From IMG/VR virus record IMGVR_UViG_3300045391_007423: a DNA stretch of 64,000 bases; one strand, written 5' to 3'. Shown in pieces: positions 18,850-28,433 of this stretch; the first letter of the stretch is position 1, and each line of letters begins with the position of its first letter. A model generated the notes under the pieces. That model saw only the letters and a program-made list of their open reading frames with translations, had not been told where the DNA came from and did no database searches. A program made the position numbers and the translations under genes. The stretch is from an uncultured virus (IMG/VR IMGVR_UViG_3300045391_007423) (Duplodnaviria > Heunggongvirae > Uroviricota > Caudoviricetes).

Positions 18850-20328
18850 CTATGCGACAGTAACAGGCTGTGTCGTATGCAGGATAGCTGTAATTTCCAG
18901 AATCTTCTGTTGTAGATCGGCAAGATCCTGCTCTAACTGGGCAGCATTCTGGGTACTATTCTCCAGCGCGGTCAGTCTACTTTGTGCATCCGTCAGTTTG
19001 TTCTGAAGGTCAGTGATGGTTGCAGCATCGGTCTGCGCACTTGCCTGAAGTTTCGCCAGCGTTGTTGTGTCTGCTGACAGCTCTTGCCTGAGAGCAGCAA
19101 TCGTTGCACTCTGCTGGGTATTGGTATCTACCAGTTTATTCTTTTTTGAGACAACATCGTTATAGGATTGTTCTAGCGCGATATGCTTATTGATCAAATC
19201 TGTATACTGTGGTGTATTTTCAACACTGAGCAGATAAACCTCGCCAGCGGCTGCCGGTGCCCCTGGTAATACATGATGCGGATCATAGGCAACTGAACAA
19301 TTATCAAAGCCCTGGACACGAATCTCTGGATGTCCCGCGACGTTCGGGTTAATCTCATCCGTCTTTGGCAAACCCATATAGGTCAGGCCACAATAGCCAT
19401 GGTTGCCAAAGGTTATATAGAAGGTCAGGATGCGACCCTGGAGATGTTTCCCTGTTGAAGGACAGAGCCACACACTACTAGAGATGCCACGAAAGAAGGT
19501 GGCAACATGGGGATCGCTGATCGTAATCGTAATCACTTCTTCCTCCGGTGGGATTGATTGAGATGCAAGTCTGGGAACAGGTGCCTGTAAAATGGTCCGC
19601 GCATAACTTCCATAGAGCGCAGAATACCAGAATCCACAGTAGCCATAGCCACCCATCATATGCAGCCAGTTGGCAATCTCTTGCTGGGCAGGAGCATTTT
19701 CCAGGCAGATAATAGGATAGATCGGAGCCAGCGCCTTTTTGTCGGCAGCCCGGCAGGCAGCATCCAGTTGGACCCATTGTGGATAGACATAGTTGGCCGC
19801 ATTTTGAGCAGTTGGAGGCGTCCAATAGGAGAAGTAGACCTGGGGCAAAAAGCCGGTGGCCCATGTATTCATTTGAATGTAGGGGATCTGAGGATGCTGG
19901 ACTGGGTTGGCAAAGCTTGTTGGATAGATTGGCCCACTATAGACCTTACGGACCAGTTGCCCAAACTGGACAGCCCAGGAGGCACTCTGAGGATTCTCCC
20001 ACTGGATCTCAATATCAGGGGAGACGCCATCAAAGATACTACCGATATGAGCGCAGACGGAAGCTTCAATACTTAGAAGATTGCCGCCATAGCACCAGTG
20101 ATAGGGCACGCACTTTAGATGGAAAGCGTGCGCGACACGTGCCAGCATCTGAAGATCGGCATCACTGTACCAGATCTCACCCCCATCAGCGACCTTTGGA
20201 TGCAGCACTGATATTCCCCAGGCAGCCGCCGCCGCACAGGCTGTTGTCCAGCTTGCTTCTGTATAAAGCAGACGCCCACCAGAACCATTATCAGCACCGA
20301 ACCAGAGGCCGCGACCAGATAGTGTCAT
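18850..20328 (-). CDS. Endolysin: glycoside-hydrolase TIM-barrel, cell-wall module, coiled coil
   Basis: KVADG...Y.YG...DIE GH25-like pattern; STGKHL...F...G...MGLPKTDE Chloroflexi-type module; C-terminal coiled coil. Confidence 0.7.
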   Translation of the reverse strand: MTLSGRGLWFGADNGSGGRLLYTEASWTTACAAAAAWGISVLHPKVADGGEIWYSDADLQMLARVAHAFHLKCVPYHWCYGGNLLSIEASVCAHIGSIFDGVSPDIEIQWENPQSASWAVQFGQLVRKVYSGPIYPTSFANPVQHPQIPYIQMNTWATGFLPQVYFSYWTPPTAQNAANYVYPQWVQLDAACRAADKKALAPIYPIICLENAPAQQEIANWLHMMGGYGYCGFWYSALYGSYARTILQAPVPRLASQSIPPEEEVITITISDPHVATFFRGISSSVWLCPSTGKHLQGRILTFYITFGNHGYCGLTYMGLPKTDEINPNVAGHPEIRVQGFDNCSVAYDPHHVLPGAPAAAGEVYLLSVENTPQYTDLINKHIALEQSYNDVVSKKNKLVDTNTQQSATIAALRQELSADTTTLAKLQASAQTDAATITDLQNKLTDAQSRLTALENSTQNAAQLEQDLADLQQKILEITAILHTTQPVTVA

Positions 20329-21026
20329 GATACCCCCTCTCCCTTCTCTGTGCTGTTATTGTTGGGTCTTTGCTGCTGCCAGCGAAAGCGAGTATTCCGT
20401 TGGAGACGTTCGGCTTGTTCTGGATGATATCCAAGAAGAATTGAGGCTAGAGTTCTAGCCTCACGTTGTCGTAACGCACGAAATTCCTCCAGATGTGCCA
20501 TCGAAGGAGAAAGCGCATAGCGAACAAAATCATGTGAGGAAGCCCAACTCACCTGAAGAAGAGCCGCAACTAGTTCCCAGCGCATCCGAGAGAGTTTATA
20601 GGTACATGGCATAAGGAGAAGGACACTGTTCGTCTTTTCACTCCAGGAGATTACCGTCTCTTCTCTCTGATGGTCTGTATCCTGGGGACAAAACACGGAG
20701 AAAGAAATGGACCAGTGGGCAGAAACAGATAGATACTGACGATACTGCTCAGTCATCTGTGCCATCCAGGAGAGCCGATCCTGGTGCTGCTCTACTTCTT
20801 TATGATCCATAAGCAATTCCTCAATAGGTTCCAGATCTCGATGGTCAGACAAAAGCGCTTCCTGTTGTTGTCGCGCATAGAGACGCTGGCGCTCCACTAA
20901 GAGATCATATTCCTGGGAAAGACCTGTCATACTCTGTATCACTGCTGGCAATAACTCTTTCCGCACAACGGGTAGGTTCCGCTCTCCTGCTTCAGATGAG
21001 GCAGGATCAGAAGATTCAGATTGCAT
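20325..21026 (-). CDS. Hypothetical protein
   Basis: 233-aa ORF coupled to endolysin; GAAAGGA RBS. Confidence 0.6.
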   Translation of the reverse strand: MQSESSDPASSEAGERNLPVVRKELLPAVIQSMTGLSQEYDLLVERQRLYARQQQEALLSDHRDLEPIEELLMDHKEVEQHQDRLSWMAQMTEQYRQYLSVSAHWSISFSVFCPQDTDHQREETVISWSEKTNSVLLLMPCTYKLSRMRWELVAALLQVSWASSHDFVRYALSPSMAHLEEFRALRQREARTLASILLGYHPEQAERLQRNTRFRWQQQRPNNNSTEKGEGVS

Positions 21027-21336
21027 AGAAATCCTTTCTGATAGAAAACACAGGATGCTCTCCTTCTGGATAGATCAATTCAAGAGATTGTCCAGATTTT
21101 CCACCAGCATAGCAGAGCACGCCGAGCCACGCATATTTTCCTGGTGGAATGATCGCTTGTGTGATTTTCCCCTGGAGAGGAAAGGCTTTCGGAAAAATAC
21201 TATTTTGGGAGGTCAGTACCTAGAGGGATAAAGCAACCAGAATTGGTGCATGGGGTCGTTCCTCTCGTATCGTACGCCTCTCTTCGACAGCCTGCCTACT
21301 GCCCACTCTCTGTACATCACTCCCACGCATCAATGG

Positions 21337-21346
21337 GAAGGACGAC
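21337..21346 (+). promoter_or_regulatory. GAAGGACGAC leader motif (first of 11 copies)
   Basis: Copies at 21337, 21748, 22124 (variant), 23003, 23359, 24688, 26111, 37480, 38704, 40539, 51960; all plus strand, upstream of start codons. Confidence 0.75.
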
Positions 21347-21420
21347 AAGCGCACCTGAGTACATGTATCAGACGATTGGTTCTGGTGCTCACTTCTTTTA
21401 CACACCACAGGAGGTACATT

Positions 21421-21681
21421 ATGTTCGATTTTACTTTTGCTCTTGCTATTGATGCCCTGATCGCCGTACTCATGCTTGTACTTGGGTTCTTTATCCTCAA
21501 AACTGATCGGCTGAAGGTCGATCTCCAGCAAATGAGGGACCAGGAACAGCAGGACCTGGGTACGTACAGCACTCTGCTTGAAGAACACGAGAAGGCATTG
21601 ACTGAGCTAAAGGAGCATAAGGAGTATATTCGGGATATTGAAAAATTCGTTCCCGATAGTTATCACTGGACAAACATTTGA
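21421..21681 (+). CDS. Small single-TM coiled-coil protein
   Basis: AGGAGG RBS; N-terminal TM helix. Confidence 0.65.
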   Translation: MFDFTFALAIDALIAVLMLVLGFFILKTDRLKVDLQQMRDQEQQDLGTYSTLLEEHEKALTELKEHKEYIRDIEKFVPDSYHWTNI

Positions 21682-21685
21682 CACG

Positions 21686-21730
21686 GAGGCAGGATCGCTC
21701 TCACACGAGAGTGGTTCTGCCTCTTTTTGT
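21686..21730 (+). terminator. Intrinsic terminator
   Basis: GAGGCAG...CTGCCTC plus T tract. Confidence 0.7.
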
Positions 21731-21823
21731 GTGTGCATCAGGAATGGGAAGGACGACGACACGCACCTATGTGCATGAGTAGACGCTGTGTCTATCCGTA
21801 CGAATACATCTTCGGAGGAATAC

Positions 21824-22054
21824 ATGTACAAATATCGCACACCACACACCCAACAGACCGTTCGTGATTGGAACGATGAGGAGATGATCGAGATCTTTGG
21901 TCGCCAACCACGCCCAGATCATGCCTATCGTCTTCGTGATACCCACGAGCGTGCGCAAAAACACTATAATTCTCGCGGTATCAAAATCACCCAACAACGC
22001 AAAGCTGCCCGTCGTCTCAAATACGCTCCAGTTCCTGGCGAGCTGGACGATTAA
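21824..22054 (+). CDS. Small basic hypothetical protein
   Basis: GGAGG RBS; flanked by leader motif and terminator. Confidence 0.65.
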   Translation: MYKYRTPHTQQTVRDWNDEEMIEIFGRQPRPDHAYRLRDTHERAQKHYNSRGIKITQQRKAARRLKYAPVPGELDD

Positions 22055-22060
22055 TACAGG

Positions 22061-22106
22061 CCCTGGTTCTCTCACACCCAAGAGAGGATCAGGGTTTTTT
22101 GTTGTG
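22061..22106 (+). terminator. Terminator, identical 46-bp copy at 23291-23336
   Basis: CCCTGGTTCTCTC...GAGAGGATCAGGG-TTTTTT direct repeat. Confidence 0.85.
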
Positions 22107-22211
22107 CCTTATTGGGAATAAGGGAAGGACGAGAAACACTGAAGAAAAGTGATCAGTCACTTGGTACTGATTCTCCACCCTATAACGAACATATCGGAGG
22201 TTACACGCACA

Positions 22212-22928
22212 ATGGATCATACCGTATTCTCAGCACTCTCTACCTATACCATTACCAAACAATCTCGGAGATATCCCGATGTTCTACGAACGCAGGCATA
22301 CGCACCTGCCGAGTGGTATTGCTGGGGTAATCCAGTACTGCTCAACGCACCACGACGCAAACGTATTGCTGTCATTGGCACACGGCAGGCAACTGAAGAG
22401 GGTATGCGGCAAGCGTATAGAACCGCACGACTCTTCGCTGAATGGGGCGCAACCATTGTTCATGGCCTGGCTCTGGGCATTGATACTGCTGCTGCCCAGG
22501 GCTGCGTTGATAGTACGGGATCAACGATAGCAGTGCTCAATAACCCTCCACAAACCTACGATGATATCTATCCACCCGAGAATCGTGGGCTGGCTGCAAA
22601 GATCATCGATGCTGGTGGTACACTCGTTACAGCATATCAGCAACGTGTCTACGAGCGAGAGTTGCTCATTCGTCGTATGATTGAGCGTGATGCCCATCAA
22701 GCGATGCTCTCGGATGCTATTATTGCTGTCCAGGGCGATCGTAATAGTGGTACACGCCATGCGATAAACTGGGCACTGGTCCATAACATTCCAGTCTTTG
22801 TTCCACAACCTGATCATGATGATCATCGTGAACATCCCAATAGTTATCGATTAGTTGATGATCTGGTCAACAGTGGTCGAGCTCAGATGATCACACCCAA
22901 CCAGTATAAATCTATCCTTGCTCTATAA
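22212..22928 (+). CDS. dprA: DprA/Smf-family (SLOG fold) protein
   Basis: IAVIGTR, GLALGIDTAA, YPPEN, SGT motifs. Confidence 0.85.
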   Translation: MDHTVFSALSTYTITKQSRRYPDVLRTQAYAPAEWYCWGNPVLLNAPRRKRIAVIGTRQATEEGMRQAYRTARLFAEWGATIVHGLALGIDTAAAQGCVDSTGSTIAVLNNPPQTYDDIYPPENRGLAAKIIDAGGTLVTAYQQRVYERELLIRRMIERDAHQAMLSDAIIAVQGDRNSGTRHAINWALVHNIPVFVPQPDHDDHREHPNSYRLVDDLVNSGRAQMITPNQYKSILAL

Positions 22929-23082
22929 CTCTTCGGCATGGTTCCTCTCGCTTGAGGGGGATCATGCCTATTTTTGTGTGTACATATCGTTCGGTAGAAA
23001 GAGAAGGACGACGAGCCGCCAGAAGGAGGTGTACCAGACGATTGGTTCTGGTCAATTCACCTACCTACAAAGGAGCACACTC

Positions 23083-23283
23083 GTGGATATCCTTATTCTT
23101 TCTCTCTTTATCATTGGTCTCATTATTATCATCATTGGCCTGTATCTCACGATCCGAATGCGGAATCGTCTTATTGAGAATCTCCTGGATGAGGCACTTG
23201 ATGATACGATTGTAGAAGAATGCGTGGATTATGAGATCTACACACCGATCAGCTTTGACCTTGATCCAGTGACATTCAACTAA
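23083..23283 (+). CDS. Small single-TM protein with acidic tail
   Basis: AGGAG plus GTG start; N-terminal TM. Confidence 0.6.
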   Translation: MDILILSLFIIGLIIIIIGLYLTIRMRNRLIENLLDEALDDTIVEECVDYEIYTPISFDLDPVTFN

Positions 23284-23290
23284 CTACTTC

Positions 23291-23336
23291 CCCTGGTTCT
23301 CTCACACCCAAGAGAGGATCAGGGTTTTTTGTTGTG
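23291..23336 (+). terminator. Terminator, copy 2 of the 46-bp repeat
   Basis: Identical to 22061-22106. Confidence 0.85.
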
Positions 23337-23455
23337 TCCTTTACGCTCGATCCAAAGAGAAGGACGACGACACGCGGAGTGTGCATGTACCTACAGTTGG
23401 TACAGATAAAAACGCTGGTTCATTTATGCCAGCCACACAAGAAAGGGGCCACACA

Positions 23456-24337
23456 ATGGCTAACATCTCCACCACCAACGCAACAATCGTTACCGAAGAA
23501 AACATTGAGGAAAAAGTAGTCGATGCACTGGACACACAAGTTGAGATCCAGCAATTGGCTACACCTGTAGTCAATCCTCACCTTGTGTCAACAAAAGCGC
23601 ACAATGTTACGCTTCGCAAAGGCAAGGATCAAGATAGAAGATTCTTTGCAATCGGCGATGAGTCAATCGCCAGTGGGAGATTGGTTCATATTATCCTTAC
23701 AAAGAAATACGAATCCTTTGGTGAGCTTCGTACCCAGAGGGCCTGTGCCTGGTTAGAGACAGAGGGCTATACTTTACTCTCAGGCGGCCTACGTAAGGAA
23801 GATCTGATTGCCATCAACGAGTTTCTCAAGATGGGTGGCAAAGTAGTAATTGTCTTACCTCAAGGATTCGGGACAATCCGACGTGAGGTTTGGAATGAAT
23901 TGAAGGAGTATATCGAAGCGGGACAAATGCTCCTGCTCTCGCGCTTCCAGTGGAGAGAGAACTGGTCGATGGAGCGAGCCAAAGAGCGCAATTTGCATAT
24001 GGCATGGCTAGCTGATGCAGTTGTCGTATCTCAGTGCGTTTCTAGCCAGAGTGCAGAGACACATACCTGGGGCGGCGGCGGAGTGAGTATGATTGAGGCA
24101 GCACTGGCGTATCAGAAGCCTGTCTTCCTGCCCTCATTAATCAAGGCCGACCAGGAAGTCCATCAGTTTATTGCAAAAGCCCAGGGAGTGACAATGCTCC
24201 CAGCAGTGGCATCGATCGATGAGACATTCCAGCCCCTGAAGGAGACCGTCCCACCACCAGTTGAAGAGCCTGTATGGGGAGAAAAGGAACAGGCAGAAGC
24301 AGAGCGACGGCTCGATGGATACAACACCGAAGAGTAA
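23456..24337 (+). CDS. Divergent DprA/Smf-like (SLOG) protein
   Basis: LLSGGL, GGKVVIVLPQG, LLLSRF...W....A.ERN...LADAVVV pattern. Confidence 0.7.
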   Translation: MANISTTNATIVTEENIEEKVVDALDTQVEIQQLATPVVNPHLVSTKAHNVTLRKGKDQDRRFFAIGDESIASGRLVHIILTKKYESFGELRTQRACAWLETEGYTLLSGGLRKEDLIAINEFLKMGGKVVIVLPQGFGTIRREVWNELKEYIEAGQMLLLSRFQWRENWSMERAKERNLHMAWLADAVVVSQCVSSQSAETHTWGGGGVSMIEAALAYQKPVFLPSLIKADQEVHQFIAKAQGVTMLPAVASIDETFQPLKETVPPPVEEPVWGEKEQAEAERRLDGYNTEE

Positions 24338-24408
24338 TCCCTAAATATGAGAGGTGTTCTCCCCACAAAGGAGGATGCCTCTTGTTTCAAACAAAGAGGA
24401 GGAAGATC

Positions 24409-24600
24409 ATGATCACTTACACTATAAGACTAAGCAGCGAATTTACCGATGAAAACGGACAGCCTCTCGTGGAAATCTGGCCTCCGTTGCCACGAAAACC
24501 ACGACCACAGCGACCGCCAGCACCATGGCGAAAACCACGACCACAGCGACCGCCAGCACCATGGCGAAAACCACGACCACAGCGACCACCACGAGCATAA
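24409..24600 (+). CDS. 63-aa Pro/Arg-rich peptide, 3x RKPRPQRPP
   Basis: GAGGAGG RBS; flanked by a 36-bp direct repeat. Confidence 0.65.
   Translation: MITYTIRLSSEFTDENGQPLVEIWPPLPRKPRPQRPPAPWRKPRPQRPPAPWRKPRPQRPPRA
24493..24591 (+). repeat. 36-bp tandem repeat, about 2.8 copies
   Basis: CGAAAACCACGACCACAGCGACCGCCAGCACCATGG units at 24493, 24529, 24565. Confidence 0.95.
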
Positions 24601-24792
24601 CCACATGAGAGGTGTTCTCCCCACAAAGGAGGATACCTCTCTTTTTTGTGTGTAACTGGCCCACGAAACACACCCAACACCCAAAGAGAAGGACGACGGC
24701 ACGCCGAGAGAACACGACCAGGCACGTGCACACACACCCAAACACGCACACCTGGATCTCTCGCACGTACGCACGTACAGGAGGGCCAGCAT

Positions 24793-25074
24793 ATGGCTAC
24801 ACACATTCGTCATTCTCTCCCCAAAGCTCGCATTCCACTGGCAACACTTGGCATTACATCTCGGGTAGGCATATTTAATAAGGTTGGCGAGGCCCTGGAC
24901 ACTCAGGGATATGAATACGCCAGCTATCAGGTCGATGCTCAGGCTGGCCTGGTGACACTCATCGCAGAGGATCATGATCCACGCAATTTGCTCGATGAGG
25001 AAGGGAGCTGGGATGCTATCGAGATCGAGGCATCACTCTCCCAGGACCCCGACTATTTGTTCTCATTGTTATAA
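24793..25074 (+). CDS. Hypothetical acidic protein
   Basis: GGAGG RBS before ATG 24793. Confidence 0.6.
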   Translation: MATHIRHSLPKARIPLATLGITSRVGIFNKVGEALDTQGYEYASYQVDAQAGLVTLIAEDHDPRNLLDEEGSWDAIEIEASLSQDPDYLFSLL

Positions 25075-25090
25075 GAAAGGATCTCCACCC

Positions 25091-25531
25091 ATGCAGTACT
25101 TAGAAGTTCCCAAAACCATGGTTATCGACCAGATTATGATTGTTCGCGATAAAGAGTATTCCACGACCTATACGGATCTCTACCAGAGACTGTGCCTCAT
25201 CCTGGGGACGCCAAGCATTGAGACATTCACGGATCGCAAGCTGCTTACACAGGAGGCCGATCGTCTCAAATGTGGCATCTTTGAGCGCATTATCCCTGAG
25301 CATTCTGAGTGTACCCATTATCACATCTCCTGTAATGCCATTAGTGTCTATGTTGGTCTCAAAGCAGGAGATGTGTGCTCCATCGGCATGGCCTTCCCAT
25401 CCTATGAACGTGAGAAGATGCTCGAAGCCGTCCAGGTTTGCTGGCAATTCAGGAAATACCACCAAGATATTAGTATCGGTGGAACAGAAAATGGAAAGCT
25501 GATCGGCATCAGATTCCGCGACATTGCCTAA
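25091..25531 (+). CDS. Hypothetical protein
   Basis: GAAAGGA RBS; terminator follows. Confidence 0.65.
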   Translation: MQYLEVPKTMVIDQIMIVRDKEYSTTYTDLYQRLCLILGTPSIETFTDRKLLTQEADRLKCGIFERIIPEHSECTHYHISCNAISVYVGLKAGDVCSIGMAFPSYEREKMLEAVQVCWQFRKYHQDISIGGTENGKLIGIRFRDIA

Positions 25532-25779
25532 CCATCACCAGGATGTCTCTCTTCGGAGCAGGCATTCTGGTTTTTGTCGTGTCTGTCACCCAGTTTGCAG
25601 TCTATTTGCTGTGCACAGTGGGTATTTTCCCGAGAAATTCGACACTTTTAACGTTTTCCCTCAGTGTTTGAGCTCAAACCAGCACAATGTGAGCCATTTT
25701 TCGACAAAAACCATGGATTTGTGGGTATTTTCCCGTGTTTTCGAGCATTATTGAGCATATTTCCCCCTTCACTGAGGAT

Positions 25780-26040
25780 TCATGCATACCTACACACACC
25801 CACACATGCACATTCGTACCCGTACGCACGTACATTCGCACGCATCCGTCCATCCGTAGCCGTACGCATGAGACGGACGGGAGGCCCCATTGGGCCGGAC
25901 ACCCGCACAGATGTGCTCATACGCACGCACACATGCCTACGCACATCCGTACGGACACACGTACGCACATACACGGGAGAAGATGCTGTCTCGGACACGT
26001 CAGGTACACGTACTGGACACAGGTGAGTATATGTATCATA
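25780..26040. repeat. Low-complexity degenerate tetranucleotide (RYAC) tract
   Basis: Runs of GCAC/GTAC/ACAC/GGAC units with no credible ORF. Confidence 0.65.
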
Positions 26041-26303
26041 CATAGAGAGTATGGACTTTATACATAAAACAGAGTACAATAGAGGAAAAGAGCAGGGGAA
26101 CGGGAAAAGAGAAGGACGACGAGCCGTTGAGTGGGGAGAGACGAGTGAGAAGAGGCTTTGGTACGCGAGAATTGTGAATAATGGGTACCCTCTTCAAGCT
26201 CAAACACAAAAACCAGGATTCGTTGTATCGATGCATTGGCATCATCACATCACAATAGCGTAGCATTGACGCACAGTTGAGCACAAAAAGAAAGGAAACA
26301 AAC

Positions 26304-26831
26304 ATGGGTTATACACATTACTGGAATCGTCCGACTGAAATTGACCAGGAGCGCTACAACAACATCGTTAAAGACATTCAGGTACTCCTTGTGCACCTAC
26401 CTAATCATAGTTTCAACGCAGGCGGAGAATACGGCAAATATCCTCTCACCATTCACAACGCTTGGGGTGAAGGAGAGCCAGAAATCACCGATCAACTTAT
26501 CTCCTTCAATGGCGATGAGAGCAGACATCTCTCAGGTGAAACAATGTACTTCCCACGAGTGTTTGAGCCACAATCCTGGCAGTTTGAAGATACCGAAAAA
26601 GTTGAGAGTGGCTTGTTTTTCGATTGCTGCAAGACTCGTGGGAAGCCCTACGATCTGATCGTTTGTGCCACATTGATGGTAATCAAATATCACTGCCCAG
26701 AGATCCAGGTCTCCAGTGATGGCAATCCCAAGGATTGGGAACCCTCGCTCTTCTGGTATCGGGACTGCTTTGGTAATAAGCGCAGTCTTCCACAAGGCCC
26801 ATGGGTGCCTGATTTTACAGAGGTTGAGTAG
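26304..26831 (+). CDS. Conserved phage hypothetical protein (MGYTHYW type)
   Basis: MGYTHYW...FNG...CKTRGKPYD...VSSDG motif set. Confidence 0.75.
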   Translation: MGYTHYWNRPTEIDQERYNNIVKDIQVLLVHLPNHSFNAGGEYGKYPLTIHNAWGEGEPEITDQLISFNGDESRHLSGETMYFPRVFEPQSWQFEDTEKVESGLFFDCCKTRGKPYDLIVCATLMVIKYHCPEIQVSSDGNPKDWEPSLFWYRDCFGNKRSLPQGPWVPDFTEVE

Positions 26832-26908
26832 CGTAGCGATTGGGGAGTTCTGCAATCAGACTCCCTCATATTCCTCACAGTCATAAACACACAAAAGGAG
26901 TTGTACAT

Positions 26909-27391
26909 ATGCAGACACAACCCTATCTGGTGAAAGCTCTGATATACGAAACACGCAATCACCCGACACGGTGGCCGTTTCCACGTGGGCACATCTTCTG
27001 GGCCCAGACACCCAGAGGGGCAATGCGTAAAGCTCGTAAGTATATTGCTAAGCGTGGATTCCCTATAAACCCGCGCAATAGTGATCTATGGGTTTACGAG
27101 TCCTATCAGGGTGATGACACCTGGCTCATCACCCTGGCGACCTGGGGGGTCTTACTTGATCCGCAGCAGTATCGCTGGGCGATCGGACCTTTTCGCGCTG
27201 CACTCGTCGAAAATGTAGACATCTCTTGTGAGGAAGTCTACGAGAGTGTCTTCGAGAAGATGGAAGAGAAGATGCTTGAGCCAGATGATGATCTGCCCTA
27301 CTTGGATGATGATCTCCTCGGCGATAATTTTTTTGATGATCAAATGGAAGAGGAGATACTTGAGCCAATATATTGGGCAATGGAAGAATAA
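26909..27391 (+). CDS. Hypothetical protein, very acidic C-terminus
   Basis: AGGAG RBS. Confidence 0.65.
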   Translation: MQTQPYLVKALIYETRNHPTRWPFPRGHIFWAQTPRGAMRKARKYIAKRGFPINPRNSDLWVYESYQGDDTWLITLATWGVLLDPQQYRWAIGPFRAALVENVDISCEEVYESVFEKMEEKMLEPDDDLPYLDDDLLGDNFFDDQMEEEILEPIYWAMEE

Positions 27392-27416
27392 ACACTGAGA
27401 AGAAAGGATCACCATT

Positions 27417-27995
27417 ATGACATCATTTACTGAGCACTTCACCATCTGGCGAGATGCAATCAACATCGCATGTGAGACCGAAAAAGCCTGCAATGGCAAA
27501 CCAACCATGACGATCGACCAGAACGCAGCCTGCAATTTCCTGGCAAATCTATGCACGTTGCTGGTATCACGTTATCCCACACCCCTACAAGATGATGTCA
27601 GGAAGCTCACAGAGAATTTTAGAACGATCACTGTGATAAAACCTGATACCTTTGTAGTAGGACAAGATCCCAAAACTGACCAGGAGAAGTCCAATCAACA
27701 TCTCTACGTTGATGAGCTGATTGCCAACCGTATTAAGGAGTACATTGACTCCGGTGAGGCCAATGATCAGCTCATCAACGATGGAGAACTACCCGAGGAT
27801 CGGAACACTATCCTCCAGATGCTGGCAGCCGAATACAATCATTATCGTGCACGTCAGCAGCATCACTGTCACTGCCAGGATGACCATATGAAGGCACAAT
27901 GCTTCTATAGCTGTCACACATCATTACTCCATCTCGAAGCAATGATCGCTGGCAATAACGCGGATGCAGAATGTGCTGCCGATGACGAACAGTAG
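27417..27995 (+). CDS. Hypothetical protein
   Basis: GAAAGGA RBS; His/Cys cluster. Confidence 0.65.
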   Translation: MTSFTEHFTIWRDAINIACETEKACNGKPTMTIDQNAACNFLANLCTLLVSRYPTPLQDDVRKLTENFRTITVIKPDTFVVGQDPKTDQEKSNQHLYVDELIANRIKEYIDSGEANDQLINDGELPEDRNTILQMLAAEYNHYRARQQHHCHCQDDHMKAQCFYSCHTSLLHLEAMIAGNNADAECAADDEQ

Positions 27996-28025
27996 GAAGA
28001 AACACTAAGAAGAAAGGACTGATTC

Positions 28026-28409
28026 ATGTCAAATATACCAACAACGACACAACCAACACCATTAGAGCAACTTGGCGATCTCATCATCGCTGGGGCTGAC
28101 AAGACATTACCTCTGATCTCAAAATACATATGCCAGGAGGAAGATGGTATCCATGCCTGTGCTATAGGATGCGCTCTCCTTAGCGATAATCCAGAGGCTC
28201 TTCAGAAAAGCGAACACGGTAGTTTCGCTCTACAGGTCTGTACGTTATTCAAAAAGATCGAACTTCCCTATAGAACAAAAATCCTTGTTCCTAATGGTTG
28301 CTCCATGCTGATTGAGGATGCAGTGATCTATCTGAATGATGAACTCAACTGGGATCGTAAACGTATCGGCGAGTGGATTAAAACAGCAGAAATCATGTCC
28401 TGGTTATAA
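28026..28409 (+). CDS. Hypothetical protein, paralog A
   Basis: Aligns by eye with 28434-28853. Confidence 0.7.
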   Translation: MSNIPTTTQPTPLEQLGDLIIAGADKTLPLISKYICQEEDGIHACAIGCALLSDNPEALQKSEHGSFALQVCTLFKKIELPYRTKILVPNGCSMLIEDAVIYLNDELNWDRKRIGEWIKTAEIMSWL

Positions 28410-28433
28410 ACATAAAAGAAAGGACCACCAATC

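Noticed and set aside
24493..24591. Mini-CRISPR array
   Set aside because: 36-bp units are head-to-tail with no spacers and in frame within an ORF
25664..26079. Overlapping His/Thr/Arg-rich ORFs
   Set aside because: By-products of the low-complexity RYAC tract; no RBS
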